This document shows, one piece after another, positions 7,440 through 14,146 of a stretch of 24,927 nucleotides of DNA. The DNA is from an uncultured Pirellulales bacterium (GTDB taxonomy: Bacteria; Planctomycetota; Planctomycetia; Pirellulales; CAYNRE01), in contig CAYWTU010000002.1 of NCBI GenBank assembly GCA_964461275.1, positions 1 to 24,927 on the forward strand, written 5' to 3'. Each line of letters starts with the position of its first letter. The stretch's first letter is position 1. Below the pieces are notes generated by a model. That model had not been told where the DNA came from, ran no database searches, and saw nothing but the letters and a program-made list of their open reading frames with translations. The translations under genes were made by a program, and so were the position numbers.

Positions 7440-8450
7440 ATGCAGGCGTCGAACATCCAACAACGACGAACACGATTCGTTTGGCCGACGCTGGTTGGGC
7501 TATTATGCGGTAGTCCTGCGATTCTGGTTGCCGAGAACCCCCCCGCCAAGCGTCGTCCGGCGCCGCAGGCGCCTCCGCCGACGAATTGGGACCGAGCGAC
7601 GCTCGATCTTTTCTTGCCGGACGTGTCCGGCATCCTCGGCCCGCGGCCGGTTGCGACACGATCGGCGACCGACGCCGCCGGCGACGGCGAGCAACGCACC
7701 GCCCCTGCGGCGCCAGACGAGGACGCAAAATCCGCCGCGATTGTCGGTGACGCTCCGTCTTGGTCGGCAGCCATCTCGGCCGAGGCGCTGGAGGACGAGA
7801 TCAAGGCGGCCCATGCGGTGCTCAGCGACAACCTCAAAACAGCGTCCAAGTTCAAGTCAGGCGGGTTCCGCGCGGCACGACAGAGCCTGAGTTGGCTGGC
7901 GGTGCTTTTGGAAGTGGTGGGCCGGTTCGACGGCGAAGTACGTTGGCGCGAATCGGCATTGGCGCTGCGCGACGGCGCCGCCAGGGCCGGCCGCAACTGC
8001 AAAGCCGCCTCCGACGGCACGTTCAAGGAGGCCAAAGCGCGGGCGGCTGAATTGGCCGACATGCTCCGCGGACAACGTCCCGAGGCGGCGGCCTTGGCGC
8101 CGCCCGTCGCCTGGCCGGAATTGGTCGATCGGGCGCCTTTGATGCAGCGATTAGAATTGGCGCAGCGCGAGCGTTTGGCGCCCTGGACTAGCGGCGAAGC
8201 GGAGTTTCGCGGCCGTCGCGACGAAGCGAGGCATGAGGCGCAGGTCGTGGCGCTGTTGGCCCGGGTCATCGCCCACGCGGATTTCGAATTCGCCAACGAA
8301 GAGTCGTATCAAACGCAGGCCAGCGCGCTTGCGAGCGCGGCCGCAGCTCTCATCGAGGCGAGCAAGGCGAACGATTTTGAGCGCGCCCAGGCGGCCGCGC
8401 GCCAAGCGACCAAGAGCTGCGACGATTGTCACACGAACTTTCGCAGTTGA
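7440..8450 (+). CDS. Exported cytochrome c (cytochrome c'-like helical bundle, single C-terminal CxxCH), 336 aa
   Basis: Signal-like N-terminus (RRTRFVWPTLVGLLCGSPAILVA), Ala-rich helical body and C-terminal SCDDCHTNFRS. ATG 7440 was chosen because 7392 abuts the apbE start. Confidence 0.75.
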   Translation: MQASNIQQRRTRFVWPTLVGLLCGSPAILVAENPPAKRRPAPQAPPPTNWDRATLDLFLPDVSGILGPRPVATRSATDAAGDGEQRTAPAAPDEDAKSAAIVGDAPSWSAAISAEALEDEIKAAHAVLSDNLKTASKFKSGGFRAARQSLSWLAVLLEVVGRFDGEVRWRESALALRDGAARAGRNCKAASDGTFKEAKARAAELADMLRGQRPEAAALAPPVAWPELVDRAPLMQRLELAQRERLAPWTSGEAEFRGRRDEARHEAQVVALLARVIAHADFEFANEESYQTQASALASAAAALIEASKANDFERAQAAARQATKSCDDCHTNFRS

Positions 8451-8489
8451 TTGCCCAGCGCAACCGCGAGTGATTACGAGCGTAGCGAA

Positions 8490-9077
8490 CTAACGCGTGG
8501 TCCGTGGCTTCTTGACCGGCGCGGGCTTCTCCCGCGTGGCGCCATTACGGCTGAATACGGGCAATGGACCTAGCTCGATCATGTTGGCCAGCCCGGCCTC
8601 GACCAGTTCGCGTCCCGAGACATATCGGCCGGGCGAAATCCACTTGGCCAGATCCTCGGTAGAAATCCCCAGAAGCTCCGCCAGTACCCGGTCCATCTCC
8701 GATTCCAAATGGCCGAAGTGGCGGGCCCATTCGGCGGCCTCGGCCAAGCCCACATGCTCCTCACTTTGCCATTTCATGGGATGAAACAGCAACACGCTAA
8801 ACGGCGTCACCAACCGGCGAACGCAGGCGGCGAACGGCCAGAGCGCCGCGGACGAACACTCGCCCGTCACGATGCCGGTGGCCCGCAGGCCGCGCAGGCG
8901 TATGACGCTCATCAGCGACATGGCGCAATAAGGGCTGCCGCCGGGCGAGTCGAAGTACAGCGTGCAGGCGCCTCCGGGCGGCACATCGAGCAACTTGTCG
9001 GTCAATTCCGACTCGTTGTCCGTCAGGTCGCCGACTAGAGCAATCTCGATTGGTCCGTTATGTTCCCCAGACTCCAT
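8490..9077 (-). CDS. ClpP/crotonase-like protease subunit (divergent ClpP paralogue), 195 aa
   Basis: Motifs: LYFDSPGG, GECSSAA (Ser), LLFHPM (His), GRYVSGRELVEAGLA. SD-like GGAAGG precedes ATG 9077. Confidence 0.8.
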   Translation of the reverse strand: MESGEHNGPIEIALVGDLTDNESELTDKLLDVPPGGACTLYFDSPGGSPYCAMSLMSVIRLRGLRATGIVTGECSSAALWPFAACVRRLVTPFSVLLFHPMKWQSEEHVGLAEAAEWARHFGHLESEMDRVLAELLGISTEDLAKWISPGRYVSGRELVEAGLANMIELGPLPVFSRNGATREKPAPVKKPRTTR

Positions 9078-9203
9078 GACATTACCTTCCACGAGTTGTT
9101 CACGGCCGCGCGTCTGAATTGCGTCTGACCCAAGGGCATGTGCCGACAAACGATCGCTGCGGCCGGGAACCCCAGTTGGTCCACACCCCTGTAGACTACA
9201 TGA

Positions 9204-9232
9204 AGATTAACTTCGATTGCCCGCACAAGCAA
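9204..9232 (-). promoter_or_regulatory. Putative sigma70 promoter for the ClpP-like gene
   Basis: Minus strand TTGCTT, 17-nt spacer, TAATCT. Confidence 0.3.
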
Positions 9233-9386
9233 CCAACGGGCGGGATAAACGTTGCAGCCGGCACGGACGGCCCCGCTTTTGGGCCATTCGACATGGTCCC
9301 ACACTCGGGCGGTCGCAGCGGTAGACCGCAGCGGTCATTGGCCGAGGGACCGTGAAGCCGGTCGCCGAAGCGAGGGCATCGTCCCC

Positions 9387-9938
9387 CTAGCGCACTACGC
9401 CCGCTTCTCGTTCCGATCCGTCGGCCGCGCGTTCGCGTAGCCGCGTCTCGCCTTGGCAGCATTCGCACGGCTTGAGCTCGAACATCGGAATCGCGCAGAT
9501 GTCGCACCAATAGTCGAGCTCGTAGGTTTGGTCGTCTCGAATGGTGTATACGGAAATCACTTGCACCCAGGGCAGTCCTGGCCGTTGACGAACGACCAGT
9601 TCCATGTCCTGGTCATGCAATCGCTCGTCCAGCCAGAATCCGCGCCCGCGGGAATCTTTGACGATCGGCACGAGCTGGCCGTCGGTGGTTTCCAGAGCCA
9701 CGGCCGACTTGGCGTCTTGTTCGTCGTGTTCGATACCGTGCAGCCGCCTCAGGGCCTCGCCCCACCACACGATCCGTCCCTGCAACTTGACGTTCTCGCC
9801 CACTTGAGCAAGGTCCGTCGCCGCATGGGCCGCGGCGCTGCTGGCAGTTGCCGGATTGGCGCGTGACCCACTCCCTTCGCCAGCCGCCAGCGCCAGCGAC
9901 AGTGCGCCCCACATCGCCAACCAAGCTGCGGTTCTCAC
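9387..9938 (-). CDS. Exported hypothetical protein with C-terminal CxxC...CxCC metal-binding-like motif (~183 aa)
   Basis: GTG 9938 gives a signal peptide (MRTAAWLAMWGALSLALAAG). A beta-rich core is followed by YWCDICAIPMFELKPCECCQG. The longer ATG ORF overlaps the upstream gene. Confidence 0.7.
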   Translation of the reverse strand: MRTAAWLAMWGALSLALAAGEGSGSRANPATASSAAAHAATDLAQVGENVKLQGRIVWWGEALRRLHGIEHDEQDAKSAVALETTDGQLVPIVKDSRGRGFWLDERLHDQDMELVVRQRPGLPWVQVISVYTIRDDQTYELDYWCDICAIPMFELKPCECCQGETRLRERAADGSEREAGVVR

Positions 9939-9979
9939 GGCTCGCCGCTTTCGTTTAAGGAACGCCGAACATGGCGTTG

Positions 9980-10654
9980 TTACTCGGCTGCCTGGCCCAC
10001 GAGGACCAGCTTCAGGGGCAACATGCCGCGCTCTGCTGCGCTGCCGCTGAGGTTCAGAATCCACCAGTCGTGCTCGTCTTCGTGTTCGAGCTTGGGGTCG
10101 GCGGCCGCTTCCTCCGCCCGTAGCAGGCAGAGCATGGCCGGGTGGTTGCTTTGCGCCGCTTTAGTGCTCAGTTCGATCATGGCCTCGGGCGAGAGCGCCC
10201 CGGAAGACGTGTCGTCGGCGGCGGGCAAGAGCAGGCAGAAGTCGCGAGTTTCGGAGGTCCCCACATGGTTGCCGTCTTCGGGCTGCAGGGCGTAGCGCAC
10301 GGTGTATACACCTGAGGCAATCTCCTGGCCACGGAAGTCGGCGGCGGTCCGTTTGAACTCGACCACTCCCAGCAATTCGCCCACTTGAAACGGATAGAGC
10401 ATCGACAGCGAGGCCTTGAAATCCGAGCGGGTCTTCCACTCGTTGGCCAGCCAAAGATTGCACAAGGCCCGATTGCCGCGCTTAACCGTCAGGCCGGTCT
10501 GGCGAATCGCGCCGACGACTCCTTCGGACAAAGCGTCGGCGGGCGGCGCATCGTCCAGAGCGGCCAGCGAATGTTCCTCGGCCGCCAGCGCCAACTTCGC
10601 GCCGGCCAGACACATCAATCCTACTACCATCCCCCACCACACGCTGCGTTTCAT
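9980..10654 (-). CDS. Exported hypothetical protein (224 aa)
   Basis: Signal peptide (MKRSVWWGMVVGLMCLAGAKLALA), SD AGGAG, and a core DFRGQEIASGVYTVRYALQPEDGNHVGTSETRDFCLL. Confidence 0.8.
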   Translation of the reverse strand: MKRSVWWGMVVGLMCLAGAKLALAAEEHSLAALDDAPPADALSEGVVGAIRQTGLTVKRGNRALCNLWLANEWKTRSDFKASLSMLYPFQVGELLGVVEFKRTAADFRGQEIASGVYTVRYALQPEDGNHVGTSETRDFCLLLPAADDTSSGALSPEAMIELSTKAAQSNHPAMLCLLRAEEAAADPKLEHEDEHDWWILNLSGSAAERGMLPLKLVLVGQAAE

Positions 10655-10691
10655 GCTTGGTCTTGCTCCTAGGAGTGCTACGATGCTGTCG

Positions 10692-10697
10692 ATTATA
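10692..10697 (-). promoter_or_regulatory. -10 hexamer of a promoter for the two exported hypotheticals
   Basis: Perfect TATAAT on the minus strand 37 nt upstream of ATG 10654, downstream of the DUF1326 terminator. No consensus -35. Confidence 0.45.
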
Positions 10698-10762
10698 CCT
10701 AGATCGGATTCACCGCGCCGCCGGCCGTTTGGGCCGCCGGCCAGACAGCCTCGTATTCTACG

Positions 10763-10795
10763 AAAAAGGGCTTCCGGCGGTTGGCCCGGAAGCCC
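10763..10795 (-). terminator. Rho-independent terminator after the DUF1326 gene
   Basis: 10-bp perfect stem GGGCTTCCGG/CCGGAAGCCC, 8-nt loop, followed by TTTTT on the minus strand. Confidence 0.8.
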
Positions 10796-10823
10796 AGGAT
10801 TTTGAGGAAGTTTTTGCCCTCAA

Positions 10824-10859
10824 CTTGCCGCAGTGACGGCAAGCAGTGACGGCAAGCAG
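10824..10859. repeat. 13-bp tandem duplication overlapping a 7-bp hairpin
   Basis: GCAGTGACGGCAA occurs twice (10830-10842, 10843-10855). CTTGCCG/CGGCAAG form an inverted repeat. Confidence 0.6.
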
Positions 10860-10881
10860 GTGGCGGGTAAGGCGCCGCGGG

Positions 10882-11562
10882 TTACTGAGCGAACGTCGCT
10901 AGAAAGGCGCTGCGGCTCTTGGGGTTGGCCCATTGCAGGCCCAATCCGCGGCCGGCAAAGTAGCCGTCCACTGTATAGGCCGGGGAGGAATTCTCGACGC
11001 GGGCCAGCGGCGGGTAGAACACGATTTCGTTCGTACAGCAATGATCGTCCTCTTCCAGCTTACGGGTCAGAATCTCGACTTGCTTTCCGGCTTTGACGTG
11101 GCCGATCATGCGGATGTGGTCCAGGCTCATCTCGATCGGTGCAGCCTCGACGCGAACCACGCTGCCGGCCGCCTCGCCGGCGCTCTCGCGGGCGAACGCC
11201 ACCAGGGCCTCGCGCTGCGAGGGGTTGGCCTTGTCGTCAACGATGACCACCGAGCGGATCGGCTCTGGGCGGACGTTCATCCCCCCGCCGAATCCCAGCG
11301 TGTCGGAGCCTTTGACGGCCATGACGACCCGCAGCCCCGTCAGGTCCACGCCCCGAAAGTCGCCGCTTTCGATGCTCCAGGCCATGATCGCCTCTTCGCC
11401 CGTCAGGCTGACTTCGGCGTTGGCGAAGCAGGGGCCGGTATAGACGTCGCAGGTGCGCGATTCCAAATAGTCGCCTTGCAGGCCCTTGGCCCAACCGCTG
11501 CTGGACAACAAGACGCAAATACCGCAGATCGCGGCCGCCAGGCAGTCTTTTTTGGCTGACAT
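10882..11562 (-). CDS. DUF1326 domain-containing exported protein
   Basis: Signal peptide, GDYLESRTCDVYTGPCFANAE, AWSIESG.FRGVDLTGL, IVDDKANPSQREAL and HCCTNE.VFYPPL. SD AGGGAG. Confidence 0.8.
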   Translation of the reverse strand: MSAKKDCLAAAICGICVLLSSSGWAKGLQGDYLESRTCDVYTGPCFANAEVSLTGEEAIMAWSIESGDFRGVDLTGLRVVMAVKGSDTLGFGGGMNVRPEPIRSVVIVDDKANPSQREALVAFARESAGEAAGSVVRVEAAPIEMSLDHIRMIGHVKAGKQVEILTRKLEEDDHCCTNEIVFYPPLARVENSSPAYTVDGYFAGRGLGLQWANPKSRSAFLATFAQ

Positions 11563-11631
11563 CTTCAGGTCTCCCTATTGGGATATTGAGGTCGGAATTG
11601 GCTTGGGAAAATCGGAGCGCGGAACCGCGAT

Positions 11632-11660
11632 ATTTTACAACCCCGGCTGATAGTAGTCCA
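11632..11660 (-). promoter_or_regulatory. Putative sigma70 promoter for the DUF1326 gene
   Basis: Minus strand TGGACT, 17-nt spacer, TAAAAT. Confidence 0.45.
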
Positions 11661-11677
11661 GGCGAAGCGACGCGCCG

Positions 11678-11700
11678 CAAGTGCAGTTCAAGTGCAGTTC
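11678..11700. repeat. Perfect 11-bp tandem direct repeat in a divergent promoter region
   Basis: CAAGTGCAGTT-CAAGTGCAGTT-C. Confidence 0.65.
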
Positions 11701-11854
11701 CGGTGCGGGGTATGTGGCGTTACAACTCGGCCGGTCGTGCCAATCGCTATGTAGACGTCCGCCGAGTCCGTGGCGACTTGGCTGGCCGGCCGTGAAGCGA
11801 CTATCGTAGAAGGCTCGTTCCCATCTCCCGCTGCGTCGCACGAGGAGCCGCCAC

Positions 11855-13792
11855 GTGATTGCCGCCAAGTTTCAATTTTGTCGATACCGCCGCCGGTCGC
11901 TTGGGTTGGTTTTGGCCATGGCCCTGGGGGGCCCTGGAATGGTTCTAAGCGTGGCCTCGGCCCAGCCGGCGGCCAAAACCAGCCGCGAACTGGGGGGCAA
12001 CCAGCTCGAAGTTTGGGGCATGTCGTACTCGACCGGCGCCGACGGCAAGGCGCTGGGCAAGTGTTTTCCGATCAAGGTTACCATCGCGCACCAAGGGGGG
12101 CAGGCGTTTCGAGTCGGCGTGTTCGAGAGCGAGGTCGGCGGCGGCGGCCCCAACTGGCGAGCCAGCGGCTGGATGGCGGCGATGATCGCCGCCCAGTTCG
12201 TCGGATTCGATCCGGCCAGTACGCAAATCTCATACGACGTATCCGGCTTCGTCGACGGGCCGAGCGCCGGGGCGCTGATCACGGTGGGGACCATGGCGGC
12301 TTTGCGCGGCGACACCGTCCGCAGCGACGCCGCCATGACCGGCGCCATCAACCCCGACGGCACGATTGGTCCGGTGGGGGGCATTCCGCAGAAGATTGAA
12401 GGCGCTGCCTCGGCCGGGAAGAAATTGGTACTGATTCCCGCCGACGTGCGGCTGATGGACGACGTGAATCAACAGCGACAAGTCGATTTGATCGAGCACG
12501 GCAAGGCGTTGGGGGTGACGGTTCAACCGGTGGGCAACATCTACGAGGCGTACAAACTACTGACCGACCGCGAGTTGCCCCGGCCGCCGCAGGCTCGCCA
12601 TCCCGAGCTCAGCGAAGAAGCGTATGGCCACAACGAGCGGAAGAGTCGCGAGTGGGTGGTGCGGGCCAACGTGGCCTTGGAGCAGTACAAGAACCTGCCC
12701 GACACACATAAGTACGAGTTCACCATTGCCAATGCCGAGGCCGCCGAAATTGGTCTGAAACGAGTGGAAAACTTGCTCAACGAAGGGGAGCCGGCGCGGG
12801 CGTATCAATCGGCCATTGAATCGACCACGGCTGCCGTATTGTCGCTCGAGGCGTGCCGGCTAAATGAGACGTATCAGACGCGGACGTTGGATCAGGCTGC
12901 GGCCCAAGTCCGGGCGGTGGGCAGCGCCACGAGCAAGCTCGACCTAACCATCGGGCAGCTCAAACGAACCAAGCCCAAAACGGTCGGTCAGGTGGCGGCG
13001 CTCATCAACGCCCATATCACCTTGGATACGGCGGTGGCACAGTCGGTGTTGGCCAGGCAATTGCTGGAAGAGCAGGCGGCTGACGACGATCAGCGCCTGG
13101 GCAACGTGTTCAGCGCTCACGATTACTTTCAATACGCGCTGTTGAACGGCGAGGTGGCCAAAGACTATCTGGAAGCGTTGCCCAATATGGGAGGGCGGCC
13201 GTTGGCCAGCGATGCGCACTTGCCGGACGTGGCCGATTTGTTCCTCCACGCCGCCCAGGCCAACGAAAACGTGCTCGACCAGTTGGTGATCGAGGAGATC
13301 GCCAAGTCGGTCGGAAAGCGGGCCGAAGTGATCCGGGCGGGCCTGATGCGTAAAGACATCCTGTACGCCCAGAATCGACTAATCCTCAACGCGGTGCTGC
13401 CGTCGGTGGTCAAGGAACTTGGGACAGGTCCCTCGGCCGATTACGCTCGGTTGGCCGCCGCGGTCGAAGGGTACGGCGGGTCGTCGCTGCTGTTGGCCAA
13501 GTACAACACGCTCCGAACCGAGCTCGACGACGAGTTGAACTTGACCGGAATCGAGTACGAGAAGTCGTTGAACAACATGGTGGACACCGCCGAGGATCAG
13601 TTGCGGCGAAGCGTCGCCGCGCTTGTGGAACACGACATCGATCCGACGGCCTGCGTCGAGTATTACCAGATTGGGCGGATGTATCGCGACCGAAGCCAAG
13701 TGGCCAAGCTGGATGCGCTGAGCATGTATTGGCGTGGGCAATCGATCGCCTGGGCTTTGGCCCAATTGGCTGGGGTTTCGCTGGCGCAGTAA
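11855..13792 (+). CDS. Secreted S16-family (Lon proteolytic domain) serine protease lacking an AAA+ ATPase, with a long helical C-terminal region
   Basis: SD GAGGAG before GTG 11855 and a signal peptide ending ASA|Q. Ser-Lys dyad motifs: VDGPSAG and TGAINPDGTIGPVGGIPQKIEGAASAGKKLVLIP. No Walker motifs. Confidence 0.85.
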   Translation: MIAAKFQFCRYRRRSLGLVLAMALGGPGMVLSVASAQPAAKTSRELGGNQLEVWGMSYSTGADGKALGKCFPIKVTIAHQGGQAFRVGVFESEVGGGGPNWRASGWMAAMIAAQFVGFDPASTQISYDVSGFVDGPSAGALITVGTMAALRGDTVRSDAAMTGAINPDGTIGPVGGIPQKIEGAASAGKKLVLIPADVRLMDDVNQQRQVDLIEHGKALGVTVQPVGNIYEAYKLLTDRELPRPPQARHPELSEEAYGHNERKSREWVVRANVALEQYKNLPDTHKYEFTIANAEAAEIGLKRVENLLNEGEPARAYQSAIESTTAAVLSLEACRLNETYQTRTLDQAAAQVRAVGSATSKLDLTIGQLKRTKPKTVGQVAALINAHITLDTAVAQSVLARQLLEEQAADDDQRLGNVFSAHDYFQYALLNGEVAKDYLEALPNMGGRPLASDAHLPDVADLFLHAAQANENVLDQLVIEEIAKSVGKRAEVIRAGLMRKDILYAQNRLILNAVLPSVVKELGTGPSADYARLAAAVEGYGGSSLLLAKYNTLRTELDDELNLTGIEYEKSLNNMVDTAEDQLRRSVAALVEHDIDPTACVEYYQIGRMYRDRSQVAKLDALSMYWRGQSIAWALAQLAGVSLAQ

Positions 13793-13915
13793 GCGCCGGA
13801 CCAAGGGATTGCGATTCAAGAATGCGGCCGGATGGCGTCGCGTGATCCTCGGCGCCGTTTCCCTAAGCCCAAGTGGCGCAAGATGATACTGACCGACAGG
13901 AGAGGGGCCATTTCC

Positions 13916-13943
13916 TTGACACCCTTGTCGCCATGACTATTCT
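13916..13943 (+). promoter_or_regulatory. Putative sigma70 promoter for the giant surface protein gene
   Basis: Perfect TTGACA (13916-13921), 16-nt spacer, TATTCT (13938-13943); implies a 5' UTR of about 200 nt. Confidence 0.5.
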
Positions 13944-14146
13944 GGAAGGCAGAGCGTCGGTACACTTTTCGGGCTGGTGTCGGCCAGTCGCCAACCGATC
14001 GTAACCTAAATCGCTCCAACAGCTTATCGTGTTTCGGTTGGTGGTCGTGTGCCAGGATGATCCTGGCTGATTCGGTTGTCGGCGCTTTGGTCCGCGGCGG
14101 GATTCGCGGGGTCTGGGCGTGTTTGTCTTTGTCAAAGGCTCACTCC

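Noticed and set aside
4826-8296. ORFs 4826-5701 (+), 6223-7053 (+) and 7370-8296 (-)
   Set aside because: Antisense shadows of the DMFase-like, apbE and cytochrome genes.
9387-10064. ATG start at 10064 for the Cys-motif protein
   Set aside because: It overlaps the 3' end of the upstream gene and adds a low-complexity Arg/Pro stretch. GTG 9938 gives a clean signal peptide.
7440-13792. Local flavinylation substrate for ApbE
   Set aside because: No convincing [S/T]GA[S/T] FMN-attachment motif was found by eye in the exported proteins of this window; the substrate is probably encoded elsewhere.
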